From positions 389-64,388 of IMG/VR virus record IMGVR_UViG_3300030433_001577: a stretch of 64,000 nucleotides of DNA; one strand, 5' to 3'. The notes beneath the pieces are model-generated. The model was not told the DNA's origin. It did no database searches and worked only from the letters and a program-made list of their open reading frames with translations. This stretch comes from a virus. Its lineage: Duplodnaviria > Caudoviricetes. Below, piece by piece: positions 17,454 through 27,213 of this stretch (position 1 is the stretch's first letter; each line of letters starts with the position of its first letter). Made by a program: the position numbers and the translations under genes.

Positions 17454-17632
17454 ACTCACATACTGTAAGTCTTTACTGCAAATATCTAAAAATAGGTTGA
17501 TTAGATTTACATGGGTAATAATGAATATCTACTAAAGTAATATGACAGTTAAAAGACGCAGTAGCCGTGTAAATGTGGCGGTTGAATGACATTCGAGTGG
17601 GTGCGAAGCCTATACCAAAAGGAGAAAGAAAA

Positions 17633-17821
17633 ATGATTGTAAAGTTAAACGAAATATTACTCGATATGACCGAAGTGGAAAGTATCGAATGGAAAGAAAA
17701 CGATGAACATATGGATAATTACAATGTAAGATTTCATATGAAAAGTGGAAAGATGTTCTCTCGCATGGTCCATGAGAATCAATTGAAGCAATTAGAAGCA
17801 TATTTTGAAGGTGATGAATAA
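17633..17821 (+). CDS. Small hypothetical protein
   Basis: ATG at 17633 after AAGGAGA, in frame with track ORF 17573..17821. Confidence 0.6.
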   Translation: MIVKLNEILLDMTEVESIEWKENDEHMDNYNVRFHMKSGKMFSRMVHENQLKQLEAYFEGDE

Positions 17822-18015
17822 TGGTTTCAGACTTGACAATGCTAGAGGCTGAAATGGAAAATCTATTGGCTAATGTGGCTGAGGACAGAAAACTAATTAT
17901 CCAAACTTTGTTAGAGATTAGAGAAGCAATTCTAAATACTCTCGACATAGTTAATGGAGAATTACATGATATGGGCGTAGACCCCATTAAGTTTACAAAC
18001 GAAGAGGAATGGTGA
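17821..18015 (+). CDS. Hypothetical coiled-coil protein
   Basis: ORF track; GGTGA RBS. Confidence 0.6.
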   Translation: MVSDLTMLEAEMENLLANVAEDRKLIIQTLLEIREAILNTLDIVNGELHDMGVDPIKFTNEEEW

Positions 18016-18929
18016 AAACAATGGGAATTGGAAAACAAGGACAAGCAAGCAGACTGAATGACAAAGCCGTAAAGGAAGATGCTAAAACTGCATTTATTAA
18101 TGCAAAGCGTGAAGCCTTTATGCAACGAAAGAAACTAATTGACCAACAATCTGGTTATCTACTATGTGGTATTAGTGGAGACCCTGGAACTGGTAAAACA
18201 GGATTGTCAATTGATTGTAGAACAGAAGAAGAAAGAGATACTCATTGGGTATTTATTCTAGATTTTGACGAAGGTGCTGAACCTACTTGGCGACAACATT
18301 GGTCAAGTGATGATAAAGTATTTATCTACAATCCTCATGTCTACAAAGAAGACATGACAGTAGATTATATGGCTACTGCTGATATGGCACGTTTCTTTAT
18401 GGGTATGGTAAAAGAGGCAATTGAGGAAAAGAAGATTACCTTTGAAGACGAAGAGATTGAAGTTCAGGCAGTTAAGGCAATTGTATTTGACGGGCTAGAT
18501 ACATGGCTCGATACTACAAACATGATTGCTCGACTTAATCACATTAAGGGTAATGACCCTCGATTGGCTGATAAAGTTAAGATGGTCCCGACTCAATGGT
18601 TTGCTAGAACGCAAGAATATCAGCGTTTGTTTAAAGCGGCCTGTCAATTGAATTGTCATAAATTCTTCATTACACACATGAAGGATATGCATGATGGTTT
18701 TGAGATTGTAGGACAAAAGCCAGATTGGGAAAAATCAACTACTGCAAAGTTGTTTCAACATATTCACACATACCGTGAAGAACGTGCTGGAGTTACAAAA
18801 CTTTTTGCTAAGGTTTTGAAGTCCAAGACAAATGCAGAAAATGAAGGTCAATCTTTCCTATTGTTTGAGAACAATAAGGGAGAGGTTACATGGAACGGAT
18901 TGGAGGCAATCAAGGACAATAATCTTTGA
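18009..18929 (+). CDS. RecA-superfamily ATPase (AAA_24/Sak4- or RadA-like recombination protein)
   Basis: GISGDPGTGKT, ILDFDEG, AIVFDGLD, FFITH; sits between SSB and clamp. Confidence 0.7.
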   Translation: MVKTMGIGKQGQASRLNDKAVKEDAKTAFINAKREAFMQRKKLIDQQSGYLLCGISGDPGTGKTGLSIDCRTEEERDTHWVFILDFDEGAEPTWRQHWSSDDKVFIYNPHVYKEDMTVDYMATADMARFFMGMVKEAIEEKKITFEDEEIEVQAVKAIVFDGLDTWLDTTNMIARLNHIKGNDPRLADKVKMVPTQWFARTQEYQRLFKAACQLNCHKFFITHMKDMHDGFEIVGQKPDWEKSTTAKLFQHIHTYREERAGVTKLFAKVLKSKTNAENEGQSFLLFENNKGEVTWNGLEAIKDNNL

Positions 18930-18977
18930 TTCTCGGTCTGTTTAATTTAAGGGGTGCTGTTATGATATGTAGAGAAG

Positions 18978-19760
18978 GTGAGAAAAATGATAGTAATAGA
19001 AGGAAACGAATTAGAAAAGGCAATTAAGATTTGCACACTAAGAGGTAAATACAATGATGGGAGAAGTAATAAGACAGGTTCTTTATCTTCCAATGTTGTT
19101 ATTAAAATTGACGATGATGTGTATTTCCAAAACGCTAACGAATTTACATATGTTTGTTATAGAGCAGATGTAGTTAGCCATGAAGGTAAAGGCACATTCA
19201 TTATTGATACAGACATTCTGTTGAAATATATTGTCAAGTCTGAAAACATGGAATTGCACTTTGGTAAGAATCTAGAAGTTAGATGCGATGGTAGCATTAT
19301 TACCATTCCACCTGCAAATACTCATACTAACATTAATGTTGTAGAGAAGTTGGGTGCTAGACTTAGAGATTTGGATAACAGGGCTATTCTAGCAAATAAA
19401 GACGAAGATGGTGTAGCCGTTACAGATACACTAAAGTTAAAGACTGTTGTAAATCTACGGTCTGATAATGTGGTCAAGGCAGTTAATCTGGCTGAACGTG
19501 TTGGTAATTCAATCTACAAACTAGATTGGAGTTATCCTAATCTGAACATTTCTTCTTCTGAAAACAATCAGAAGGTTGAAACAAATGTCGAAGGTTATGA
19601 TGATTCTACTGACCGTGATGCTACTGTTGAGTTGTCTTTACCAATTAGTAATATCATCAAAGATGATGATGAATTGGTCATTCTTTTTGATGACGAAAGA
19701 CCGACAGTATTTGCCAACAGAAAAGTTACCGTGCTTCGTGCGCCAAGATTGAGGAATTGA
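18978..19760 (+). CDS. pcn: DNA sliding clamp (PCNA-like)
   Basis: ~260 aa, two-domain alpha/beta pattern, terminal VLRAPR (PCNA 'APR' end); RFC genes nearby. Confidence 0.7.
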   Translation: MRKMIVIEGNELEKAIKICTLRGKYNDGRSNKTGSLSSNVVIKIDDDVYFQNANEFTYVCYRADVVSHEGKGTFIIDTDILLKYIVKSENMELHFGKNLEVRCDGSIITIPPANTHTNINVVEKLGARLRDLDNRAILANKDEDGVAVTDTLKLKTVVNLRSDNVVKAVNLAERVGNSIYKLDWSYPNLNISSSENNQKVETNVEGYDDSTDRDATVELSLPISNIIKDDDELVILFDDERPTVFANRKVTVLRAPRLRN

Positions 19761-19761
19761 T

Positions 19762-19953
19762 ATGAGAGAAATATTATTGATAATTGAAAACTTAGATGCT
19801 GTAATTGCGACTATGTTAAACGATATGGATGAGGCTACATTCCTCAGAAAGTATGAGCATAGTAAGCCCATTCAAATTGCCTATGCTATGGGTAGTAGAA
19901 GTTTGGCTAGACAATTGCTAGAGAATGTAGAAGAAGTATTGGAGGAAGAATGA
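19762..19953 (+). CDS. Hypothetical protein
   Basis: ORF track; GAGGA RBS. Confidence 0.55.
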   Translation: MREILLIIENLDAVIATMLNDMDEATFLRKYEHSKPIQIAYAMGSRSLARQLLENVEEVLEEE

Positions 19954-20108
19954 TGCAGGAATTATTTATTGGAATTGTAACTATGATTTGTTTATATGTT
20001 ATGGGTAGATTTCTCTACCCCGATGAACCACATAGACCAATACAGCAGGAAAAGATTAAGACAGACTTTCTTTATGGTGTTGAATATAAATTGGAGGAAG
20101 ATGAATGA
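19950..20108 (+). CDS. Small protein with N-terminal TM helix (not in ORF track)
   Basis: MMQELFIGIVTMICLYVMGRFLYP...; ATGA overlaps at both ends; preferred over track ORF 19996..20193. Confidence 0.5.
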   Translation: MMQELFIGIVTMICLYVMGRFLYPDEPHRPIQQEKIKTDFLYGVEYKLEEDE

Positions 20109-20260
20109 AGTGTGCAGTTTGTGGTGCTTCGGGTGGACAAGTTGGCTTTTTACACACAGAAGGTTTGGCAGTATGTTTTACTTGTGTTTCTAAGATGATT
20201 TTGAAATCTATTGCAGATTTGGACTTTTACAAAAACATGAGAGGTGAATCTGATGAGTAG
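20105..20260 (+). CDS. Small CxxC...CxxC Zn finger (not in ORF track)
   Basis: MKCAVCGASGGQVGFLHTEGLAVCFTCVSK... Confidence 0.5.
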   Translation: MKCAVCGASGGQVGFLHTEGLAVCFTCVSKMILKSIADLDFYKNMRGESDE

Positions 20261-20606
20261 AAACAGAACAGGAGATAAAAGGCTCAATAAGAAAATACCC
20301 GTAATGGATATAGTTATAGAATTGATTGTAACTCAGGGTGAAGAAATATTCGGTAATACGTTTAATCTTCATACTTTAAAAAGCGAGGCATTTAAAAATG
20401 CTCTCTACAAAAGACTATTAGAAATTGTTAGAGAAAAAGAAAACATCCAAAATTCAGAGGTTGGGCAATTTATGAAGTATAGATACCATCGTATAATTGT
20501 AGACTTTGCCGCTTATGTTCGTTCTAGAAATGCTCCACTAGAGATTTTTAAAATGAACGGAATAAACCATTTTACTATAAGAGGTGAATCTAATGCGGGA
20601 ATATGA
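20244..20606 (+). CDS. Hypothetical protein
   Basis: ORF track; GAGGTGA RBS before ATG at 20253. Confidence 0.6.
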   Translation: MNLMSRNRTGDKRLNKKIPVMDIVIELIVTQGEEIFGNTFNLHTLKSEAFKNALYKRLLEIVREKENIQNSEVGQFMKYRYHRIIVDFAAYVRSRNAPLEIFKMNGINHFTIRGESNAGI

Positions 20607-20745
20607 ATGTGTAATGTGTGGTGAGCATTTTACAGGATGGGGTAATAACCCTGCTCCTATTCACTTAGAAGGAAGATGTTGCAACGAATGTAATCAGATT
20701 GTTGTTGCGAGAAGAATTGAATTATTATACAAGGGGAGATACTAA
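20593..20745 (+). CDS. Small Zn-finger protein (not in ORF track)
   Basis: MREYECVMCGEHFTGWGNNPAPIHLEGRCCNECNQIVVARR... Confidence 0.6.
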   Translation: MREYECVMCGEHFTGWGNNPAPIHLEGRCCNECNQIVVARRIELLYKGRY

Positions 20746-20984
20746 TGAGTAGATTTGAAGAACAAGTTTGTGCCAAGATAAGAGAAAGAGCAAAGGTCGG
20801 TAAAAGAAAATACGGAGTAACAATGGAACGTGATGATTTAAACCTGCATGATTGGCTAACCCATTTACAAGAAGAATTGATGGATGCGGCTGTTTATGTC
20901 GAAAGACTAATGGAAGATGTTGGAATACTCATGACAGAAATGGATGTGATTATAAATGAAGCGAGGAATAGAAGTAACGATTAG
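20745..20984 (+). CDS. MazG-like all-alpha NTP pyrophosphohydrolase-like protein
   Basis: GKRKYGVTMER...WLTHLQEELMDAAVY (EExxD). Confidence 0.55.
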   Translation: MSRFEEQVCAKIRERAKVGKRKYGVTMERDDLNLHDWLTHLQEELMDAAVYVERLMEDVGILMTEMDVIINEARNRSND

Positions 20985-21183
20985 GGCCAACCTTAATGAC
21001 GAAAACTATCAAGTTATTTATGACCCTAATCCTGAAAAAGCAACTGAACTTAATATTATAGATTCAGTAAAGGACAATATTGAATGGGCTATATTAGAAC
21101 TATTTAATGACTTAGAACTCTTTACTGTTAGAGTAAAGGTTGATAGAGAATGGCGAGAAGGAGATGACAGAAATGATAATTGA
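20956..21183 (+). CDS. Hypothetical protein
   Basis: ORF track. Confidence 0.5.
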   Translation: MKRGIEVTIRANLNDENYQVIYDPNPEKATELNIIDSVKDNIEWAILELFNDLELFTVRVKVDREWREGDDRNDN

Positions 21184-23617
21184 TTATGTAGGAACTGAGA
21201 TACAACTTATTTATCGAGATGAAAACAATGAACGTGTAGTGGATAGAGAACCATTTGAGCCATACTTTTATGTCAAAATTGACGAAAAAGTTCCAAGACA
21301 ACTAGTATTCAAGGGTAGATATGGCGATAACTATTACAAGTTAAGAAGTAGAGATTTCGCAGAAGGTCGTTCTTTGGAGGGTTATCCGCTAAAGAAAGTC
21401 TTCTATGGTCATCCCGACAATAGATACAATGTCAAAAAGGGTCTAGAGAATATGGGAATCAGAACCTTTCAAGGCGACGTGGATATGAGAAGACTTTACT
21501 GCGTAGATAAACTTGAGGAGGTAAAGGAATACAATTTGCGTAAATGGTATTTTGACATTGAGGTTCAACAACAGGGTATCTATCATGACGCAATTACAGT
21601 ATTATCCGTGTATGATAATTACACAAATACATACCATTTATTTGCATGGTTTCCAGAACAGTTTCCAGAAGAGATTAAAGACTTTGAAGGTTTAAATATT
21701 GTGAACCATTTTCATAAAACAGAAGAAGATATGATGGAAGACTTTGTATCTCTAATGGAAGAACATGACCCTGATATGATTCTAGGTTGGTATGTGTTGG
21801 GATATGATATTCCCAAAGTTATCAATAGACTTGTTGAGATGGGAATAGATGCAACTCGCCTTTCACCTCTTAGAAATATTAAGGGTGTGTATAAGCGTGG
21901 GGATGCCATACATTCTAACATTGACAAGTATATTAACAGCGCACAACCAATTAGGGGTCGTCTTACATTCTGTCTAATGGATAGATTTGAACGACTATGG
22001 ACTGATTCACAAATGGGGACATTACCTAGTCTAAAATTAGATGACTGTTCTAAGTTGGTTTTAGGTGAAGATGAAGGGAAGGTTAGCACATCTAAGTTTC
22101 AAGACTCGGAGTTTTATGAACGTGCGTGGCTAGAAGATACTCAGGTCTATTTGGAGTATGCAATAAAAGACGTAAAATTGTGCGTGGATATTGATGAAAA
22201 GATGAACATTAGTGAGAACAGTTTGGCACTACAAAGATTGATTAAATGTCCGTTTGAATCCACGTTCCATAATTCACAAATGGCAGGTGTATATTTTATG
22301 CGTGTTGCTGATTGGATTGCGCCTTCTGGCGTAAAGGGAACAAAGGAAAACTTTGAAGCGGCTTTCGTTATGAATCCTCAGATTGAAGGAACGTTTGGTC
22401 TGCATGAAAATGTGGCTGTATTTGATTTTAAATCACTATACCCTTCAATGATGGCATCAATGAATATTTCATGGGAAACCAAAAAGAGAAAGCCCGAAGA
22501 GGGTGATTATCCTGTATGGTATCAGACTCCGAAGAATCTAATGCTTTGGGAGGGTGAAACTGATATTCACTATTGCAGTAAAAAGGATGGCCTGTTGCCA
22601 AAGGCTGTAAAAGAGTTAATGGCTATGCGTGATGAATATAAGAAGTTGCGTAAAGAGGCCAACACCGATGAAGAGTATAGAAAGTGGGATTCAGCACAAA
22701 TGGCTACAAAGCGTGTCGTTAATGCATTCTATGGTATTCTTGCTAAGGATAACTATGGGTGGGGCGATATGGAAATGGCTAAATCTATTACCGCATCAGC
22801 GAGAAGGGCTATGCGTGAAACAGCGTTTAAGGCTCAAGAGTTGGGTTATGAAGTTATTTACGGACACACAGATTCAATCTTTGTGAAAGTGTCTGGTGTA
22901 TCGGAGGCTCATTTATTGCGAGTAGAGTTAAACGATTATATCAAGAAGGTTTTTAGAGAACCTGTTGAACTTGAATTTGAGAAATTTGCTAGTAAGTTTT
23001 TCTTATCTACTAAGAAAAATCGTTACTGCGGTTGGTTATCATGGAAAGATGGAGAATATCTCGATGAGGATAAATTCTTCGTCATGGGTTTTGAAATGAA
23101 GAAAAGCAACGAAACTAAATTTGCAAAAACTTATCAGCGAAGGCTATTGGAGATGGTGTCGTCTTTTACAGATAGTGAAGAAATCATCAAATACTGTAAT
23201 GATTCATATAAACAATTATATACAGGTGATGTTAGTCTTAGAGATATAAGCAAAAGAAGTAGATTGCGTCAAAAGTTAGAAGATTACAAATCAATTGCTG
23301 GAGGCGTTGCAGGTATTATTTATTACAATCAACAGAAGATTGGTAGAATAGAAAATGGTGATTCATATTTCTATTTCAAAATGGATAATGCGGAACTGCG
23401 AGAGAAGTATTATATTTGGGGTGGAAAGTCCAATGAGGCAAATTATATTGCGTTCAGAAACTTTCATGAAGTGGATGGTAAATACACACCAGATTGGCAG
23501 TTTATTGCCCAAGCCGAAGTGATAAAAAAATCAGAACTAATTTTTGAGAGTTTAGGGTGGCCCATTGGTTTAATCAAAAGGGACATTTATCAGAAAACAC
23601 TAACGGAGTGGTTTTAA
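21140..23617 (+). CDS. polB: Family B DNA polymerase (archaeal type), no intein
   Basis: ExoI FDIE, ExoII GYDIP, ExoIII YAIKD, motif A FDFKSLYPS, B KRVVNAFYG, C YGHTDS, KKNRY. Confidence 0.96.
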   Translation: MIENGEKEMTEMIIDYVGTEIQLIYRDENNERVVDREPFEPYFYVKIDEKVPRQLVFKGRYGDNYYKLRSRDFAEGRSLEGYPLKKVFYGHPDNRYNVKKGLENMGIRTFQGDVDMRRLYCVDKLEEVKEYNLRKWYFDIEVQQQGIYHDAITVLSVYDNYTNTYHLFAWFPEQFPEEIKDFEGLNIVNHFHKTEEDMMEDFVSLMEEHDPDMILGWYVLGYDIPKVINRLVEMGIDATRLSPLRNIKGVYKRGDAIHSNIDKYINSAQPIRGRLTFCLMDRFERLWTDSQMGTLPSLKLDDCSKLVLGEDEGKVSTSKFQDSEFYERAWLEDTQVYLEYAIKDVKLCVDIDEKMNISENSLALQRLIKCPFESTFHNSQMAGVYFMRVADWIAPSGVKGTKENFEAAFVMNPQIEGTFGLHENVAVFDFKSLYPSMMASMNISWETKKRKPEEGDYPVWYQTPKNLMLWEGETDIHYCSKKDGLLPKAVKELMAMRDEYKKLRKEANTDEEYRKWDSAQMATKRVVNAFYGILAKDNYGWGDMEMAKSITASARRAMRETAFKAQELGYEVIYGHTDSIFVKVSGVSEAHLLRVELNDYIKKVFREPVELEFEKFASKFFLSTKKNRYCGWLSWKDGEYLDEDKFFVMGFEMKKSNETKFAKTYQRRLLEMVSSFTDSEEIIKYCNDSYKQLYTGDVSLRDISKRSRLRQKLEDYKSIAGGVAGIIYYNQQKIGRIENGDSYFYFKMDNAELREKYYIWGGKSNEANYIAFRNFHEVDGKYTPDWQFIAQAEVIKKSELIFESLGWPIGLIKRDIYQKTLTEWF

Positions 23618-24099
23618 TGGGAAAGAAAGAAGGAACATATCTAAAGACCCTTAGGAATATACATGAGCGTATTCAAAAGAAAAAGGGAGAAGTCGGAGAA
23701 ATTGAACAAGAATTCTTAGCGGAAGTTAAGAAAGAACGAGAAATGTGGGTAAAGGTTGGTAGATGCACAGTTTGTCTAGCCGAAGGTGAAACAGAATGGC
23801 ATCACATTATCAGCCAACATAGATGTAGAGAGATAAGTAAAGAATATCTAATACATTCTAGAACCAACGTGATTGAGATTTGCAGAAGTTGTCATGATGA
23901 AACTACTGCAAGTCTGAGAAGAAAACACATTGAACAGAATGGTGGTGGTGCTAAAACTGTAAAGAATCCTAATGGAGCGATGACCATAAGACAAGAAGAG
24001 TATATCAAGAAATTAGGCGGAGAAAACCGAATAACAACAAACATGACAAGAGGCGAAGCCTCAAAACTTATAGATGCATTAAAGGAGGAAGCAAATTGA
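23617..24099 (+). CDS. HNH endonuclease with C-terminal helical extension
   Basis: CTVC...WHHI...NVIEICRSCH; tail TIRQEEYIKKLGG...TRGEASKLIDAL. Confidence 0.75.
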   Translation: MGKKEGTYLKTLRNIHERIQKKKGEVGEIEQEFLAEVKKEREMWVKVGRCTVCLAEGETEWHHIISQHRCREISKEYLIHSRTNVIEICRSCHDETTASLRRKHIEQNGGGAKTVKNPNGAMTIRQEEYIKKLGGENRITTNMTRGEASKLIDALKEEAN

Positions 24100-25010
24100 A
24101 AGAATATGTAGAAGAATGGAGCGAGCGAGATATAGAAAGTGGATTTACCTATCAATGGAATCCATTGGCAGAAGATGGACCAACGTTGAAGATTACTAAA
24201 TCTTCTATTGGAACATTCAACTTTTGCCCTGCGTCATACGTTTATTCCTATGACCCTTTTGGTGAGGGTAAAAGAAAGCAAAAAACAAGCGAGGCTATGC
24301 TAAGAGGAACAAGAGTCCACGACGCACAAGAAAAGTTTTGGGATGAAATGAATATTGAAAAGGCTATGGAGTATATTGATGACCCCAATGCCTTAGTAAA
24401 GCACTTTAGAGAATATTATCCTGAGGCTGAAGATGAAGTATCGGTGGCAATTTACAGGGCGATGAGTGCATGGTCGGCTGAACGTTTCATTGATTCAGTT
24501 AAGGAAGGAACGCTAGAGTTCTATAAGCCAATTGCAAACGAAGTAATGCTCGACGCTACTTATGTTTTAGAAACAGAAGAATATGGACGTATTAATATTC
24601 ACTTACAGGGAATTATTGACAGAATGTTCTTTGACGGTGATGGATATGTTCCGCTTGAATTGAAAACAGGTGCATGGAAAGATAGTAAGAAAACCAACAT
24701 GAGAAAAGAGATGGCTTTCTATCAATTGCTTTTTGAAGAATGTGAGGCTGAGGATTTGATTAAGCAGGGTATTGACCCAACATATGGTATTACAAGTTGG
24801 GGTTGGTTTTTCCCTGCCTCTAATTATATCTATGTTGAAGAGGTAAAGTCTAGGTCAATGACTTCTGTTTTAAATTCATTGAAGAAGTTAGTTACTGCAT
24901 ACTTTGAAAAGGAGTTTCCCCACAAGTTCTTTTACAAGAAGTGTGAGAAGTGTGGTCATTATGAACATTGTGATGCGACAGGGGGCGTGAACACATATGA
25001 TTGGTTCTAA
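24096..25010 (+). CDS. Cas4-like PD-(D/E)XK exonuclease with Fe-S cluster (solo, not CRISPR)
   Basis: FCP...GTRVH...GIID...ELKTG...YQL...CEKCGHYEHC. Confidence 0.85.
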   Translation: MKEYVEEWSERDIESGFTYQWNPLAEDGPTLKITKSSIGTFNFCPASYVYSYDPFGEGKRKQKTSEAMLRGTRVHDAQEKFWDEMNIEKAMEYIDDPNALVKHFREYYPEAEDEVSVAIYRAMSAWSAERFIDSVKEGTLEFYKPIANEVMLDATYVLETEEYGRINIHLQGIIDRMFFDGDGYVPLELKTGAWKDSKKTNMRKEMAFYQLLFEECEAEDLIKQGIDPTYGITSWGWFFPASNYIYVEEVKSRSMTSVLNSLKKLVTAYFEKEFPHKFFYKKCEKCGHYEHCDATGGVNTYDWF

Positions 25011-25416
25011 GTCTGATTTGATTAACCACATACTAAACCGCCAATGGACCTTTGCTGAAGTAATGAAGATTGAAACAATACTGTATGAACTTATCGAATT
25101 GGTTAGTTTTGACATTAATTTTGTTGTAGACTATTTAGGCAAAACAGATTCTATTTTAGAAGAATTTCGAGTAGCCATAATTGGAGATATGAAGCGTGAA
25201 GTTGTCAAGGAATTGGAAAATGCCGTAATTGTTTTGGATAGAAAAACCCCTGCAAATTTTGATAGAGTTGATAAGATGGATGAAATAATGGAGAAGTTTG
25301 TTGGAAATGATAAGTCTAAAATTCCCAGTAAGGAAGAATTGAAAGAACAGATTAGAAAAGACACAAAGATGGTGGGTAAAAATGAAGTGCCAGAAGTGCA
25401 AAGCGACAGTAACTAA
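24997..25416 (+). CDS. Hypothetical protein
   Basis: ORF track. Confidence 0.6.
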   Translation: MIGSKSDLINHILNRQWTFAEVMKIETILYELIELVSFDINFVVDYLGKTDSILEEFRVAIIGDMKREVVKELENAVIVLDRKTPANFDRVDKMDEIMEKFVGNDKSKIPSKEELKEQIRKDTKMVGKNEVPEVQSDSN

Positions 25417-25495
25417 AGAAGATAAAGAGTTATGTAGCATATGCGAAGCAATTGAAAATAGAGAAGAAACAAGAAAATGGTTGGATTTGATATGA
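25382..25495 (+). CDS. Small CxxC...CxxC Zn finger (not in ORF track)
   Basis: MKCQKCKATVTKEDKELCSICEAIENREETRKWLDLI. Confidence 0.45.
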   Translation: MKCQKCKATVTKEDKELCSICEAIENREETRKWLDLI

Positions 25496-26526
25496 GATTT
25501 CCTAGAGAAGTATGGGCGGGAAGCCCTGTTGATAATGCGATACAACCAAAAAGAATAGTAGTCAATAATGAAGGTTACTTTAGACAATTTGTTTTAGACC
25601 ATAATGGTAAAATGAATGTCTATACTTCCGTGTATGATTATGATGAGTTTTCTAACAATAGAGGCTTAGAACATACAGTAAATATTGACCGCATCTTTTT
25701 GGATATTGATGCACATAACGGAGAATTGGAACAGGCGTTTGAAGACTTGAAGAAGTTACACAGTTGGCTTTTGAAAGAAGATTACATGCATACTTTGGCT
25801 TTTAGCGGTAGAGGTTTCTATATCTTTGTCTATGGTGTAAGAACATTTGACCTAAGAAGAGTAAAAGCCTTTTACAATATATGTCATGATGTGATTAATA
25901 AGTCAAAGACATTAGATAGTAGAGTAATTAATACGGCTAGACTAAGGAGAGTGCAAAATACATATCATATGGGTGCTAGAAGGTTTTCTATTAACCTAAG
26001 AAGTGAAGATTTAGAAGATGGGTTAGATATTATACTAAATTTGTCTAAAAGACCGAGACATATGCCTAAAGTAACTTATGGAAGCCGTAAAGTTGATTGG
26101 CCTGACGTAAAAAAGATGGAAGTTGCTGAAATTGAGATTAAAAGTGTCGAAAGTCCCGCTACTTTACCAATTTTACCTTGTTTGAAGTCGGCAGTAATGA
26201 CACACAACCCTTTACATCAAGTTAGACACTATTTAGTCCAATGGTATAACGAAATCTTAACAGATATGGTTATTTTTAAAGAAAATCTCAATTGTAGACA
26301 AGATGAAGTAGGTGGTCAGGCTTTAGAAGACATTGTAGACATAATTTGTAAAGAAATTGGCGATATTGCTTCTAATGAAGACGTTTGGATTGATTATAAT
26401 GCTCAAAAAACAAGAAAAGCAGTAGATTATGTTGTAAAAAAGCGATATTTAGCCCCATCTTGTCAAACTTTAATCAATAATGGCTATTGTGTAGGCAAAT
26501 GTTGGCGATATTCAGGTGGTGATTAA
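25477..26526 (+). CDS. Archaeo-eukaryotic primase, PriS-PriL fusion
   Basis: IFLDIDAH (DxD), FSGRGFY, IN..R..R; C-terminal LPCL...APSCQTL...YCVGKC Fe-S domain. Confidence 0.85.
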   Translation: MVGFDMRFPREVWAGSPVDNAIQPKRIVVNNEGYFRQFVLDHNGKMNVYTSVYDYDEFSNNRGLEHTVNIDRIFLDIDAHNGELEQAFEDLKKLHSWLLKEDYMHTLAFSGRGFYIFVYGVRTFDLRRVKAFYNICHDVINKSKTLDSRVINTARLRRVQNTYHMGARRFSINLRSEDLEDGLDIILNLSKRPRHMPKVTYGSRKVDWPDVKKMEVAEIEIKSVESPATLPILPCLKSAVMTHNPLHQVRHYLVQWYNEILTDMVIFKENLNCRQDEVGGQALEDIVDIICKEIGDIASNEDVWIDYNAQKTRKAVDYVVKKRYLAPSCQTLINNGYCVGKCWRYSGGD

Positions 26527-27213
26527 GTGATAATTGATTCTAGAGAAAATTCTTCGCTAAGTGAAGCGGTAATTACTTGTTGTAACTTAGCGGGAATCAA
26601 ATATGAGAAGAAATTTATTGAAATTGGTGATTATACCTTTGGAAATATAGTAATAGAGGCTAAAAGTATGTCTGATTTCCTTGCTTCTGTTAGAAATAAA
26701 AGAATTTTTAACCAGATAAGTAACATGGAAGATAATTATGAGAAATGTTATGTGATTATTTACGGTCATGTATCACAAGCCATAGAATATCTTAACACGG
26801 TGAGGAATATGACCTACTATCAACAAAAACAATGGGGTGAAAAGTTAAAACGTATGGTTTATGGTGCTTTTTCGGCAATAGCCATGAATACAAATACAAC
26901 CCCAATATGGGTTACATCATCTCAAGAAGCGGCTAACATTATTACTGCCATGAGATATAACATGGATAAAGATGTTGATTTGCAAAAGATGTTACCAAAG
27001 AAAACAAGAAGTGATGACGTGAGAGTAGATATACTGACAAACATAACGGGCATTAGCGTAGAAAAGGCTAAGGCTCTTTTAGAACAATTTGGTTCTGTAT
27101 ATGAAATAGCAGGGCTAGATATAAAAGATATTATGGTTATAGATGGGATAGGAAAAGTTACCGCATCAAATATATTAGATGCACTAAGAAGTAGAGAAGA
27201 GGTGAAGTATTAA
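26527..27213 (+). CDS. ERCC4/XPF-family nuclease with C-terminal HhH
   Basis: IIDSRE, IGDY, IEAK...DFLAS; ITGISVEKAKALLEQFGS and IDGIGKVTA HhH. Confidence 0.88.
   Translation: MIIDSRENSSLSEAVITCCNLAGIKYEKKFIEIGDYTFGNIVIEAKSMSDFLASVRNKRIFNQISNMEDNYEKCYVIIYGHVSQAIEYLNTVRNMTYYQQKQWGEKLKRMVYGAFSAIAMNTNTTPIWVTSSQEAANIITAMRYNMDKDVDLQKMLPKKTRSDDVRVDILTNITGISVEKAKALLEQFGSVYEIAGLDIKDIMVIDGIGKVTASNILDALRSREEVKY

Noticed and set aside
20745-20984. Modified-base (e.g. 2-aminoadenine) pathway suggested by the MazG-like gene
   Set aside because: No PurZ, DatZ or other base-modification enzyme recognised in the window.
24096-25010. CRISPR-Cas system suggested by the Cas4-like gene
   Set aside because: No repeat-spacer array and no cas1/cas2 in the window; solo Cas4-like nucleases are common in archaeal virus replication modules.
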